A stretch of DNA of 64,000 bases. Origin: Marsupella aquatica (lineage: Eukaryota > Plantae > Marchantiophyta). Below are positions 11,389-24,702 of the stretch, piece after piece. Positions within the stretch are counted from its first letter, which is position 1. Each line of letters starts with the position of its first letter. The DNA is taken from positions 22,111,168-22,175,167 of the forward strand of contig OZ316892.1 in the NCBI GenBank assembly GCA_973895155.1, written 5' to 3'. The notes beneath the pieces are model-generated. The model was given only the letters and a program-made list of their open reading frames with translations, made no database searches and was not told where the DNA came from. The position numbers and the translations under genes were made by a program.

Positions 11389-14300
11389 TGTGATGCCTAG
11401 CCAAGAATCACTAGGCCAGTTAAAATGGTAAAACCAGGAGTGTACCCTGAAAACACATTAGTATAGTAACAAAAACAAGGAAAATATAAACAATTAAGGG
11501 TGACCATGGAACCCGAGCCGAGGCCGGAAGTAAGGACGCCACGGCAAGGAACACGATTAGGGTTAGGGTGCGCTAAGCACCGGCGGCTAGGGGTAACCAA
11601 CAGGAAAGAAGACCAGGCAAGGGGGGGTAAGGACCGATCGCAAGGAATGGCGGCTCATTTGCAAGCACAACTACTGTTAGCTGCTTAGGCAAGCACTCTA
11701 GGCAGGAGTAGATATCGACTATCAAATCAAGGAGGGTATGAGCAACGTCAATCAAGCTGCTCATTTCTAGGGATGCCTGTTGGAATGGGAAACTGAGTAC
11801 ATTGGGACCTACAAGGACAAAGAATCGGAAAGGGCAGCTCGAGAACGGCAGGAGCTCGCTCGACTGTGGGAGCTGAAGAAGTCTACCTTCATAGGAGGAG
11901 AGCTTATTAAGGCCAAGTTCTTGTGGACTCCTACTGCCAATCAGCTCGACGACCTTTTGTTTTGTGAAAACAGAATCATCGGCATCCGGGAAGCCATCAA
12001 CCGCTACAACAACATACACTGGGAGCTGAAGGGTAGCATGGAGGTGTGGACGAAGGCAACCATGCTCAAAGAAATATCCACGGTAGCCGATATGAAGAGG
12101 AAAGGGTACAACAACAAAGAGGCCACCCCTGCAAAGAGAACGAGGTCAGCAGCACCAAGGAAGCCGGCCGAGCAAGGAAGCAGGAGGCAGGGAAAAGCCA
12201 AAGAAGAGGAGGTCAACCCCATCAATGTCGTTCCAACAAGGGATGACATCTGGAAAGGCTGGGCGGCGACCCTCCCGAGGAAGTGCAATTACACTTTGCA
12301 CAAGAGGAGGATGCATGCTTTATGGCTATGCAAACTTGAAAGACCATGGCTTCATGGCCGGATCCGACTTGGAAGCCTTCATGAAATTACCATGGCTGAA
12401 GCCGAAGGTGCCGGATTTTGACTTATTAGAATTCGTGGGATCATGGGATCCCGAGACAAATTCCACCAGGGTGTATGGGAAGGATTTCTATCTTACTCCC
12501 CAAGTGATTGCCGAAGTGTTTGGCTTGCCAATGGGCAATAAGACCAAAGTAGATACCAGGATGACATTGCCAAACAAGGAGTTCAGGTAGTTCCCAGGGC
12601 CATCAACAAAGAATGGCTTCTTCTGGAACACCTGCACCAACCCGCACATTGGGGAGATGATCAATTTATTGTGGGTGACCATGCACTGCAACCTACCGAG
12701 GCCAGAGATTGGCAAGGCACAAGTCTACCTGGCTGAAAGGCCAGACCCAAGCTGGGCCTACAACGGGTACCTCCTCACCCAACTGAAGAAGATCTTGAAG
12801 GAGGAACAACAGGTGATAGGCAAGGGAAGTGTGTCCCAGCTTGGCTATCACATGCCGCTGTTGTGCCGATATGCTCGGAGTCAGATCTTTGCCCCAGTAC
12901 TTCCCCTACAGACAAGGGCACCAGAGGAGGTTTCTGAACTTTTAATAGTAAAATGGAAATAACAAGGGGTAAAGAGGAAAAGGGCCCGATCGCAGGGGGG
13001 TCTATTTCTTTTACACAGAGTGAGGGGGGAGAGCAGCCCAAAGCTCTTGGTCGCGATAGGGAGAAGGAGAGATCAGCTTGGAAGCCAGAGGAGGAACCAG
13101 GACCCGTGAGCTGTGTTTGGCAGGAGGCCCTGTTCATAGCAAGACCAGGAGAGCAACGGGGGGAGCCGGTAGTCCAAGCCGGGGAGGAGGTGGTGGAGGA
13201 CTATGGCAATGACAACTTCAGCTACGGGTTGGACCATCATGTCCCAGGAGTAAGGACCTATGGCCGTTTCATCCCCACGCTTTCTAGAGTAGTTTGAGGG
13301 GACCCCACCCAGCAGAGCAGCCCCAAGTCTCCCCCACCTGATGTCGCTCCCCCGAGATTTGACGGGATACAACAGACGGCAGAGGAGTTTTAGGAGCGAC
13401 TTAGGGAAGAAGAGGAGGCAACCCTGGCCAAGGAGAAGGATTTACCTGGGGGAGAATGGCCAGAGGACATCCGGTGGCTTGCAAAAGGACGAAGCAGCCC
13501 ACCAATCATGATAGAAGAGATCCAAAAGGCGGCTTGGGGACAAAGGCCGCGGTGGGTGATGCCGATGACTACTACTCACTCCACCTATGCGCAAGAAAGA
13601 GCAATGGAGTATGGGAAGATGTGTGGGGAACTTGTGCTCAGCATCTTTGGGGAGGAGTTAGAGCAGGGACCCTTTTTCCAGAGGGAGATGTTGGAAAAAC
13701 ATCAATTGGAGGAAGCGGTGGCTTTGGAGAGGAGGAAGAAGGACAAGGTCATCCAACGGCTTAGGAAGAAGGAAGCCAAGGCAGAAGACCTGAAGGCGGC
13801 CAAGAAAGCCCAAGATGAGTTGCGGATTAAGCGGCATGAGCTAAACATCATGCAGGGGCAACTAGATACCGCTCAGTCTAATAATCAAATTATCAAGGAT
13901 AAACTGACTCGGACCCAAGGGTAGTTGGCCGACGCGGTCAAGGAAAAGAAGAAGTGGAAGCGGGAGCTGAAGGACGTAGAGGAGGCCCACATAGAAACCA
14001 ACAATCGGGCCATGGCAGAGACACAGAGGAAGGAGAGGGCGTTGAAGGGGAAGCTCGAGGATCTCCGTAGAGCCCTTGAATAGAAGGAGGCCAAGTTAGG
14101 GAGATCCTATCAAGGGATTATTGTGCTGCAGCAAGAGCTTGCATCCCTGATGGCCAGCTTCAAGGCCGACCTGCGTGAGAAGGATGACTAGCTCGATCAG
14201 ACTTACGCCAAGATGAATCAGATGGAGTCTGAGGTCATAACGGAGCTCGACAAGGAGCTGAGAGCAACCCAAGAAGAGAGGGCTGCCTTAAGAAAGGAGC

Positions 14301-15872
14301 TGGAGGAGGCGCGCAAGGACCTGGATGAAACAAAGGAGGAGTTGGAGGAAAGCACGAGGAAGACGGAGAACTTACAACGGCGGGCCAACAACCAAACAGA
14401 GCGGCTGAAGAAACAAGCCGCAGTATTTAATAAGTGCTTAGCTTCATCAATTCAAACTCCAATTGTGGCAACAAAGTTGCCAGGGGTAGTGTTGGCCAAG
14501 GAACAAGCCGCAACACTCGCACCGGTGCCAGAGGTAAGTGGCAAGGGGAAGGGATCAACTGCCAAACCAGGAAAGAAAAAGAAGCGGAAACCTTCTGGGT
14601 CAGGGAGCAACGCGGCTTCTCAAGCCACCATGACCAAGGAGAACACGACACCAGCCTCAGGCAGGGTCACGACAGAGGATTCAACCGTCCTGGAAGGCGG
14701 GGATGGCAAGGCCGAGGCCGGGACAATCATTGATAAAGCCGGGGTATTGGATCCACCACTAGAGTAGGTCGAGGAGGCCGTAGCCAAAGTTGAGGCCGTA
14801 GCCAAAGCTGAGGCCAAAGCCAAGGGTGGACCCGGTCAGGCCGCGGGAGAGTTGATTGGGTCTAGGGTAGGTAATCTGTTAGAGGACGGACCTACGGTAG
14901 TGGCTGAGGAGGAAGCATTGGGGGCGTCCATTGAGGATCAGCCACGTACCGCTACCATGACGGTGGTGGAGGGTCGCTCCTTTTAAGGAGGGCAGATGTG
15001 GAGGGAGGAGGCATGAGTGGGCAAGGTGGGCGCAAATCTCTAAGTTTAGAAATTAGGATCAGGACCAAGAGGCGGCCCTAACACTTAGATTAGTGGGATT
15101 GCGGATCCACTGGTAAGAGCAACATTTGTGCTCCTGCCTTGCTGTACATAGGTAGATTACAGTTAGGATAGATTAAATAGACTTGCGCTGCAAGGAATTA
15201 GGTGGATCGACTGCCATGATAAGTACATGGGCAGCAAAGAGTTTAGGGCCTTCTTCTTTAGCAAGTTTTTAGTGCACCGGCAGGGTTGGGATGAAGTAGT
15301 AAAAGAAGCTCTTGGTTAGTTATACAGTGACCCTTGTGTATATTCATGTTTCCTCATGCCTAAGAGCTGAATAGAGTTGGCCCCACGGCTTAGTTTGCAG
15401 ATCTTGTGTATGAGAAGTATTGTTTGTATGGCAAGTGCATGGTATAACTTAGTCAGAAGGAGTCATTTTGCTATTTGTGTGTCGCATTAACTTGTTTGAA
15501 GATTGCCCACATCAACCAAGAGAGAAGGAAGTAAGCAAGGTAGTAAGAGTTGGATGTGTCGAGCTAAGAGAGGTCTTAGCGGCTAACCCAAGCCGGTTGG
15601 GGATCATTCCGGCGGTGGAATCCAAACATACTGTACCTAAAGGAAGACCAGGAGAGGAAGACAAGGGAAGACATAGAAGAGGCCGGCTACGTATCTCATG
15701 ACCCGATGAAGGATCTGTCTAGTATATCATGTGTATAAAATGTTAGTAGAAGAGAGTTAGCAACGTCCCATGCCGCTAAGCCGCGGAATCGGCCTCGCCA
15801 AGAGCAAAACCTACGGGAATCGGCTTGTGCAAGGGGGTTTCTTGGGTTTAGGGAGCCATGGGACGCACCACA
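11389..15872. mobile_element. Long coding LTR-like unit, copy 1 (4.5 kb, decayed)
   Basis: Termini TGTGATGC...GCACCACA. Reverse-complement homolog of 53713-58348 over its length. Flanks CTCCA/CTCCC are either a 4/5 TSD, or the right flank is a polypurine tract (GGCCAAGGGGAG on the minus strand). Confidence 0.85.
11500..14987 (+). pseudogene. Disrupted PMD/Transposase_32-like + coiled-coil ORF inside LTR-like copy 1
   Basis: ORF pieces 11780-12421, 12225-12590, 12657-12962, 13508-13924 and 14213-14767 align in order with the copy-2 protein. Several stops and frameshifts. Confidence 0.75.
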
Positions 15873-16674
15873 CTCCCCTTGGCCTTGAGAATTAGGACCG
15901 AGTGGAGACTGAAGATCCACCTTCCTAAGTCTGCGTTTCTGCTTCCTCAATGCATAGGGCCGACCATCCTTTAGCATAACCCCACAACCTTCATACACAA
16001 AAGCTCCAGCACAAAGTCCCCACATCTTCTCAATCTTACCCTTCTTGAGCGTGCAATACAAGTCGTGCTTGTGAGTCACGGAACTTGACTACCTTAACAC
16101 TTAGCTCCGGCGTCGCTGATTTTGACGCCAAGCTCCCTTATGGTCCAGGCCCGGATAGGCCATCCGGGAAGGACTTAGCATGGGAGACTGGTGGGCAACG
16201 AGACATGGCACTAGCAAAGGCAAGGAGCCAAGCTGGTGACACACTAAGGACTTGGACTAGTTGAGAGCTGGTCGGGTTGAGGGGAATGGGCCGGCCTCAA
16301 GGACAACCGTACGGACCTCCGGATGGACTTTGAATTGTAAGGGCTTGAGTGTGAGCTCCTCTTGGGCCCAAGGCCAATGGAGTTGAGGCCATGGACAACA
16401 AACGCTTGGGGTGCAAGGTTATGGCCCAATCCAGGTTGGCCCGGTCAGGGGTCCCAAGCGATGATGAGACCTGAGAGCCCAGGCATGAGCACTGAGTCAG
16501 CCCAATCACAACGGGCTAAGGCACTCCGCTTGCGGATGCCTAATGAGAAAGTTATAGACATTGTCGTGATAATTTAATTATTCATGATGAAATCATTACC
16601 ACTAAGTATATTATTAAATATATAGATTATATTTATATTTTGTTAAGGGGTAACTAAATAGTTTGACTAAATTA

Positions 16675-17075
16675 CTTATGTGCATGCAAGGTAAGCAACT
16701 ATGCAAATCACAAGATGCATGCACAAATTGTTTGGATGCATGTGCAAATTATTTTATTTGCATGCAATAGTCATTTTATGTGCATGCAAGATGAGCAAAT
16801 ATGCAATCCACAAGATGCATGCACAATTTGTTTTAGATACATACAAATTGTTTTATTTGCATATATTAGTTATTTTATGTACATGCAAGGTAAGCAAATA
16901 TGCAAGTCACAAGATGCATGCAACAACAATTATTTTAGATGCATGCAAATTGTTTTATTTGCATGCATTAGTTGTTTTATGTCCATGCAAGGTGAGCAAA
17001 TGTGCAAGCCATAAAGTACATGCATGCACAAATTATTTTAGGTGCATGCATTAATTGTTTTACTTGTATGCGTAA
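16675..17075. repeat. AT-rich tandem repeat, ~100-bp unit x4, rich in ATGCAT/TGCATGCA
   Basis: TGCATGCAAGGTAAGCAAATATGCAAGTCACAAGATGCATGCAC-like unit at ~16681, 16781, 16880 and 16982. Confidence 0.85.
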
Positions 17076-17887
17076 TTTGTTTTGATTGTAATAATATTAG
17101 CACACATTCCTACGTTGGATGTGTGTCACTTGACTTTCATCCAAGTATTTGGGCATAATCCATGCCCTCTTGGATTTAGTATAAATAAGTGGTGAAGGGC
17201 ACTCTTTCCTCATTCTCACATTTTGATAATTTCTGCATCGAAGCGATCGTCTTTTCTTCTCTCATCTTTTCCTTCTATTCTTTGCCTTATGTACATAGTA
17301 GTGGGGCATCATTTGGTCCGGATAGCAAATGAATGAGTGGTAGACTTATAGATGGGACATTAGGGAACAAAGTCTCTTTGGAAACTTAGGGGTGGGGCAT
17401 CCTTTGGCCCGGATAGCAAAGAAACAAGAGAGTCATTATGAATCCAGGAGGGAGAGATATTCCTAATCTCCCCCTTCGTAACCCATTTTTAGTTAGAGTC
17501 TATTTTTTAGACAAGCCATCTATGAGGCAACATTTTACCTATCATTTTAGAGTTCAATTTGCAGCTACTGTTATGAATTCTAATGAGCCAATAGTATATC
17601 CTGTAGTGTCTTACCGATAAGAGTGAGAGTGCATTATCTTTGTCCTTTATTGAAGTCATGGATCTAAATAGGAGTCCAGATGACATTCCTATTTTATTTT
17701 CTCTTGGAGATATTAGGATCATATGTCATAGAAAAATTAGTTTCCGAGAGGTGTTGATCCGTAAGTATATTAGTTTCACCTAAACTTTTCTTAATATCCA
17801 CTACCCTTCTTACAAGAGTTATCATTTTAGTTTTAGTATAGAATTTATGGGTATGCAAGGTTGACTTCATAAGAGCCAACATGCTCT

Positions 17888-20199
17888 GATATGGCAGCCC
17901 GTGTTATTCAGCCAAACAGGGACCTCCTCCATAGCCAATGGAATCACAATTGATTTCTTCAAATTCAGTCGAGCACCGCTAGCCTTCTCATAACAGTCCA
18001 GAGCAGTTGTTGCTTCCTCAAAAGCATTCTCAGTTGCAGGGATAAACATCCCCACATCATCCGCAAACAACCTGTAGCAAATAGTGAGATCAAGCGAGAT
18101 CTGCAAGCCACACAGTCTACCCGCTGCTAGCTCTGCATCAAGAAAATCCATAAGTGGCTGCGTGGAGATAACAAACAGCAACGGTGATAAAGGGCAGCCA
18201 TGTCTTACCCCACGCTTGAGCTCAAACGTGTTAGATAGTAAACCATTCACCAAGGCACGTGAAGATGCCTGAGCCAACAACGCTCTAACCAGTGAGATGA
18301 AACGTCCGCTTATCCCTAACAACTGCATACATTCCCATATATATTCATGCGACACACGGTCAAAAGCCTTCTCAAAGTCTAATTTCAGAAACAGTGCCTC
18401 TCGTCTCCTTTTGTGAACCCAATCACAGGCAAGCCAAGCAAGGGAAATATTTTCTAAGATGTGGCGTCCAGGGATAAATCCAGTTTGTTGCGGACTGATT
18501 ATCAGGTGTAGGATTGGTTTTAATCGCAAGGCGAGGATCTTGGCAATTAGCTTGTATATCGTATTTAGCATTGTCAATGGGCGCAGTCACTTAACAAACG
18601 TTTGTCCGGTTTCTTGGGTATGAATTTAACAATTCCTTCACAAATATCAGCATCGAGGGCACCTGTAAGCCAAAATTCCTGTATCATATCCACTAAATCC
18701 TGACCAATAAAACCCCAACATGCTCTGTAAACCTCTGCTGTCATACCGTCAGGCCCGGGTGTTTTGTCACTGGGCAAGAGCCACAGCACATCCTTCACCT
18801 CCTGGAATGTCGGGAGCTTCTCCATCTTTGAAATGTCCTCCCTTGAAAGGGAAAACCTTGTGTTGCTGAGCAGTCTATCACGAGCCAAACGTCTCTCTTC
18901 TGCCTCCGCTTCGGAAAAAGACTCAAGTGAGTACAATGTTTCACAAAACTCTTCAACCTCCTTCAGAATCAATCCCGAGTCAGAGATCGTACTCCCATCC
19001 ACCCTGCTCAAGGAAGACATAGCCTCCCTGGATCTCTTGGCTTTCACTGTGGCAAAGAAAAATTTAGTCGATTCATCTCCTTCCCCCAACCACTTAACTC
19101 TGGCTAGCCTGCGTCCTCTGTGAGCTTCCTCCAATTCTGAAGCATGCAGCGTGTCCTCAGCATCCATGAAATCAGCAATGTCCTCCTCCGATTGATTTTC
19201 TAGAATGGCCATCTTAAGTGTCCTCAGTTGAGCTCTCTGAAAAGCCAACTCCACCTCCGTCGTCCTTGGCTTGGCTTGTATCTCCTTAAGTGCTTGTCTC
19301 AATCTCCAACTTCCATTAGTAAATTGATTACGCGGGTCCACACAGTTCTCTCTTCCCACTCTCCAGGCCTCTTCGAGTAGTAGCATGTCCTCTCTTTTCC
19401 GAAGCACAGCCGAGTTGGCCATAAACAGTCTCACTTTCCCTCGCTCCACATTCTCAGTCAATCCTGCAATCCTCACATTCAGCAGGATTGGGTCGTGATC
19501 AGAAAGAGCCGATCCCCCATCGTGAATGAGTTCCACCTCGCTCAGCCATCCACCCATTTCACTTACATAAATCCTGTCAAGTCTGGACTGTAGCATCACT
19601 CCATTACGCTTCCTCCTCCATGTGAAATGCGGGCCAGCCGCTCCACCTCTAAGGTCCCACGCATCTGTCAGGTTCAATCTCATCTTCAAAAATCTCCAGA
19701 ACTCAGCCTCCCTACCTCGGATTAGTGGAGACGGTCCCGTTGAGTCATTTCTGCGTTCCGTCATGTTGAAGTCTCCACACAACAGCCAATCATTGTGCGG
19801 CAGCGTCATCTTTAAATCATGCCATAGAAGTGACCTTAATCTAGCTAAATTGGGAGCGTAAATGCAAGCAATCCCAAACGTCACATCTTCCTTCGCGACC
19901 ACGGCCCATACTGCCCTTCCTAAATCCAGTGCTCCTGAGCAAACCACCTTCAACTCAGGGTGTACCAGTAATGCAGTTCCTCCCCTACCCTCGTCAGGTT
20001 CTGAGGAAAAGTGTTGATACGAGGGGAGAATAGCCCTCAACGCCAAATCAAGCCGAAATTTATCAGCTTTTACCTCTTGTAAAGCCAACAGCGCCAATGG
20101 CACCTTCAGTGATCTTACCCAATTTTTAACAACATGCTTGCGGTTGGGCTCACACAGTCCGCAAACATTCCATGACGCCACTCTAATTATTCCATCCAT
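17888..20199 (-). pseudogene. LINE ORF2 N-terminal part: APE endonuclease + reverse transcriptase (frameshift at ~18580)
   Basis: APE motifs SWNVCGL, LQEVK, CGDFN, SRLDRIY, SDHDPI. RT motifs KTPGPDG, LDFEKAFDRV, RGVRHGCPLSPLLF, LFADD. Confidence 0.92.
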
Positions 20200-20255
20200 C
20201 CTCCCACTGTGCCCTTGTTAGTGCATAGCACAGCCACACACCTCCTCTGTCTCTC

Positions 20256-22033
20256 TCAGATCCTGGTGCGTCCACCCGGAGACCACCCTGTCAGCTCTCG
20301 GCCTATAGGTCCACTCATGTATCCACTGATTGATCCAGTGGGAGATACCCGCATGGGAGAGGCAAGATCAACCATCCCAACGCAGAGGGGAGCACTCCCC
20401 AGGCCCACAGTTGAATTTACTCTCCCTCCTTGGATGTCGCACTGCTGCCCGTCGTCCCTCTCCAGGCCTTCCGCTCCGCCTGCATCAGACATAACACCTC
20501 GTGAGAATCTTAGTGATCTTTGCTTCTTGGCCTCTCCTTTGGCCTTCTCGGTCTTTTCAGAAGGCGGTGTGCGAAGCTCCTGTTTGCGGGCTCTAGCCTT
20601 GAATTTACTGTGTGAGATATAAGCCTCGTATTCCGACATCTCAGCATCAGATTCCGCATGAAATGAGAAGGTCTCATCGTTCCCAGCACACGAAATGGCA
20701 GCCGGGGGGACATCTTGAACTCTGTCCGTTGCATTATTAGGAGTATAACTAGGCCCCAGTGCAGGGGCGATGGTAACATGCGGAGGACACAGGGTCACAG
20801 TGAGCTCCTGTGAGTCAGTAATGCAGCCAGCAGCTCCCAAGGATGGAGGCAGTCCCAGGTGAGCGGTCTCAACCCGAAAGTCATTTTTCTCCTTCTGCAA
20901 CCCCACAGGGGCCAGCAGCTCAACCCCCCAAGGCTCCGGGTGTTCCAAAAGCTGCTCCACCTGAGAAAAATCCTCCACCACCGAGAAGGGAATAACCTCG
21001 AGTGGGGGCACATTAGCCTCCCAAAACCGAGCCCTTGCTTCAGCATGGCTTCCACACGAAGCACCTCCTCATGGTCCGCCTCAGAGTGTCTCTCGTCGTC
21101 TTTCTCCTCCGGGGGGTCCACAACCGTTCTCCGTGCTCCAACAGCCTCCACGTCTTCTTTACAGTTCCTGGCCAGGTGACCTCTTTGGTTGCATCGATAG
21201 CAGTGATAAGGAATGTTTTTAAAAGTTACATGTTGCCAAATTACAATGTCTTCACGAATCCGAATCTTAACGCTGGCAGACACTTCTCTATCCGTATCCC
21301 AGAGTATGCAGGCCCGATCGTGAGGGTATGAGCTAAATTCGTGTCCCTGGATATAGTAAAGCAGAGTCCCTAAAGAGCTAGCTATCTTTCTTCTGCAGCC
21401 CTCCAATGCCAGGTCACGAAACGGGATCTCAATCCATACAGGAAGTTTAGTAAAGTTCTCACATTTTACATCAAATGATGGCTCCCATGGGAAAGTGTAG
21501 ACAAATTGTCTCTCCATGAACCAGGGCGCGTAATTGAGAGCTAGATCTCTATGGTCCGGGTTTTCAAAGACAATCATGTAGAAATTCTTCCCTATGAATT
21601 TAACTTGTAAGACAGGCCAATTCTCTTGATTCGTCATCACCTCATCTCGGGGGGGGTCACTTCCACAAATGTTGACATCATGTGCGAACGAAGTAAGGGG
21701 CATTTTATTCATTTTAGGGAAGTACTTAGAAGTAGCGAGGAAGTAAGTAAGGGGGTAACAATTCAAAAAGTGCCACTTGTCATCACATGATTCATTGCTT
21801 GCCACATGTCAATAAATGATTGATGGGTTTTTTGAGCTTCCTATTCCTTTTTGAGAGAGTGATTAAATAGGGGCGTTCGCACATGGTATACAACAATTTC
21901 ATAAGGTGAACCCCCCGAGCACCTCATCAACCCAAGCTTTGAAGTCAGTGAGGAGCGGCGTTCTTCCGGTAAAGTAACAGATCAGCGCACAATTATAAAG
22001 CTGCCTCACATTCCGTGCTGCTTCCGGTAGGTT
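20256..22033 (-). pseudogene. LINE ORF1 C-terminal part (DUF4283-like + CCHC zinc knuckle), interrupted by a MITE
   Basis: KFIGKNFYMIVF, APWFMERQFVYTFPWEPSF, LPVWIEIP and CYRCNQRGHLARNC. It lies directly upstream of ORF2. Confidence 0.85.
21646..21919. mobile_element. MITE, CTCGGGG-TIR family (8-bp TSD), copy 2, inserted in LINE ORF1
   Basis: TSD CACCTCAT at 21638-21645 and 21920-21927. TIRs CTCGGGGGGGGTCAC / GTGAACCCCCCGAG. Removing it restores ...KAWVDEV-MTNQENWPV. Confidence 0.88.
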
Positions 22034-22038
22034 CCATT

Positions 22039-22513
22039 TGTTGGGTATTTACTCTTACGTCTAGGTTAGGTATGACGTGGTTGGTACAACAACGTGGGTT
22101 GGTACAACTACGTGGTTAGGTACAACTACGTGATTAGGTACAACTATGTGGTTAGGTACAACTACGTGATTAGGTACAACTATGTGGTTAGGTACAACTA
22201 CGTGATTAGGTACAACTATGTGGTTAGGTACAACTATGTGGTTAGGTACAACTAAGTTGCACACTATATCATAAGAGGCATGTGTGCTTGGAGAGGGAGA
22301 ACCAAGGCTCATTGTTATGGAGCCACTTGAGAGATAGGGAGAGCTTACACTGTGGAGACTCGGTATAGCCGACGGGCTTAGAGTTCAGTAAAGCTCTCTT
22401 GTGTGTTCCCGTGGACGTAGCCTCAAGGAGGTGAACCACGTATCTCTTGTGTCGACTATTGTGCGTTGGATGGTTCATGGGCTTGCCGTTGCGATCGTCG
22501 TCTATGCTCAACA
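22039..22513 (+). repeat. Copia 5' LTR (475 bp; ten GGTACAAC cores of an 18-bp tandem repeat)
   Basis: TGTTGGG...CAACA. Matches the 3' LTR except for two extra 18-bp units. Confidence 0.95.
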
Positions 22514-22515
22514 AT

Positions 22516-22527
22516 TGGTATCAGAGC
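22516..22527 (+). promoter_or_regulatory. Primer-binding site (tRNA-iMet)
   Basis: TGGTATCAGAGC, 2 nt after the 5' LTR. Confidence 0.93.
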
Positions 22528-23667
22528 ATGCTTGGGAGGTGACGTGTGTTCGTGACGGGATTTCATGACGGTTTTTCCAGCGTTGAGTGTTGGTGGATTT
22601 TCCAGAGTTCCATCGCATGGAACTTGGAGTTTATGAGCTCAACGGATAGATCAGGGCAAGAGCTTTCTAACGGTGTGAAGAAATCGTTGAACGGAGCTCG
22701 TGGTGCAGAGAGATCTAAGTTTTCGTCGTTCTGGATTTTGTGAAGAAAGTTGGCAATCGACTCGGAGGGAGAAGCGTCAAGTGTTTTGACTCAACGGAGA
22801 GATTGAGGCAAGACGATTGTTTTTGAGTCCGGGATTGGCTCTTTGATGCAAAGAGGAAGGCTAAGCAAAATCAATTACCTTGTTGGACTTGGTGACGGCA
22901 CCAAGTGCAATTGATCAACATTCGTTGTTGACAAGGTACCATTTTTTTCTCTTTGAAAAACTGATTCGAAATTGGCTATGGCAATTGAGAGAAATCTGTC
23001 ATCTTTACCAATTTTTTTCTCCCTCGTTCTTTCCTTGTTTTGGGTGCTTCTTATATCGATCTTCATCGCCTCGGAGTCTAGTTTCCAAATCTGAAATCGG
23101 ATCTTGATTTAGTCAAAACCCGAGTGAGATATCTTGCGTTTGGTGTCGAGGGGTACATTCTGCCGTGTGTATTTTCTGCGCGCGCGACCAGATTTCGACG
23201 ACGAAGGGTGGTAGGGGGTTTTGGGGGTTCGAGGACACATGTCAGCCCCTCGATTGTTCTTCCAAAATTCCCACAGGGCCTGTACAAGGGTCATAGAATA
23301 TTCCAAAAAACCAGAGAGCTATTTTTTGACCGTCCGACAAAGATTTCATCCGCCGAACGGTAACTTTTTTGGTTATTTTTCGGCGAGGTCGTAGCCATTG
23401 AAGTTGGCAATGCAGCGCACCAATCACATCGCAATTCCGACAACGGATTGTACTTGGTATTTCGGTTATTCCCTGAGGTGGTCAAAACGGGGGAGTTTCC
23501 CAAGGTTTTACCCACCTCGACCGAAATTTGAATAACTTTTCCGTCAAATTTCGATTTTGATTTCGGTTTTCAGTATTGGACTCCTAGCTTTGTGGGCTAC
23601 GCGGCGGTGTTGAGTTTCGAGTTTTTTGAGAAGTTGTGAAAAACAACATTTTTTGTGACTTTCTCAT

Positions 23668-24702
23668 ATGAGTGATTCGGAGGAGTTTTTCGAAGACGTG
23701 GAACTTGAAGCACGAGGGTCACCGCGGAGGTTTCAGGGGCAGAGAGAGGAGCAGGAGGAAGAGCACGTGACACCGATACCATCACCGGTGCGGCGTGTGG
23801 TGGAGGAAGCAGTACTACTACCGGAGCTCACGGTAAAGAAGAAGATGGGGACTTTCAAGCTTGGGGGACCCAAGTATGAAGTGACAAAGTATGATGGGCG
23901 CTCTGACTACTTGCTATGGGAGAAGCAGGTGAAGGGAGTGCTTTATGCGTCAGGGATGGGCCAACTGCTGAGCCCTCGTGAAGACGATGTTGATGAGAAA
24001 CAATGGGACCGCATGCAGGAGCAGGGAGTGTGGTGTGTTACACTCTATCTCATGCCTCCCATCATCAAGCAGTTGGGTGCACATAAGGATTGCATGTCCT
24101 TATTTGCGGAATTGCAGAGCAAGTATCACCGCAAGGAGTTGTCGAACCGGCTCTACACTTCCTACAAACTGATGAGTTTCAGGATGAAGGAATCTGGTAC
24201 GAAGTTGCAAGACCATGTGGATGCTTTCAACGACATGGTCGTTGACTTGGAAAACCTTGGGGAGACTTTGAATGATGAGACGAAGGCTCTACAGCTTCTT
24301 AGTTCATTGCCTCCATCTTACCAGTCCCTATCACGAGTGTTGTTGCATCGTGATAGGGATACCATTTCATACAATGACGTGGTAAGTTCTCTGCTTAGTG
24401 ATGATCTTCAGCAGAAGATGCACATCACGTCACAGCCTTCATCATCTGGTGCTGCCCTCAATGTTAACCGTGGGAGGAGTATGCAGCGACCAACTGGGGA
24501 CCGTAGAACCCAGTTTAGATCTAAATCCAGATCTAAGTCCAAGGGTAAATCCCCTCAGAGGAGGCAGGTGACATGTTGGAAGTGCAACCAAGTTGGACAC
24601 TTCAAGCGAGACTGTAAGGGAAAGGCAGCGGAAACTTCATCGGCAAATGTGGCTAGGGCTGATGGAGAAGCTGATTTACTCAATGATGAGTATGTTTTAT
24701 GA
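23668..24702 (+). CDS. gag: Copia Gag (UBN2-type, CCHC knuckle)
   Basis: KYDGRSDYLLWEKQV, LLSSLPPSY and CWKCNQVGHFKRDC. Confidence 0.92.
   Translation: MSDSEEFFEDVELEARGSPRRFQGQREEQEEEHVTPIPSPVRRVVEEAVLLPELTVKKKMGTFKLGGPKYEVTKYDGRSDYLLWEKQVKGVLYASGMGQLLSPREDDVDEKQWDRMQEQGVWCVTLYLMPPIIKQLGAHKDCMSLFAELQSKYHRKELSNRLYTSYKLMSFRMKESGTKLQDHVDAFNDMVVDLENLGETLNDETKALQLLSSLPPSYQSLSRVLLHRDRDTISYNDVVSSLLSDDLQQKMHITSQPSSSGAALNVNRGRSMQRPTGDRRTQFRSKSRSKSKGKSPQRRQVTCWKCNQVGHFKRDCKGKAAETSSANVARADGEADLLNDEYVL

Noticed and set aside
16701-17054. Cys/His/Met-rich ORFs
   Set aside because: These are translations of the ~100-bp ATGCAT-rich tandem repeat.
22075-22255. 18-bp repeat array as a CRISPR array, or the VVPNH-repeat ORF as a protein
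   Set aside because: The units are contiguous with no unique spacers and no cas genes. The array lies in both copia LTRs, and the ORF is an incidental translation of it.
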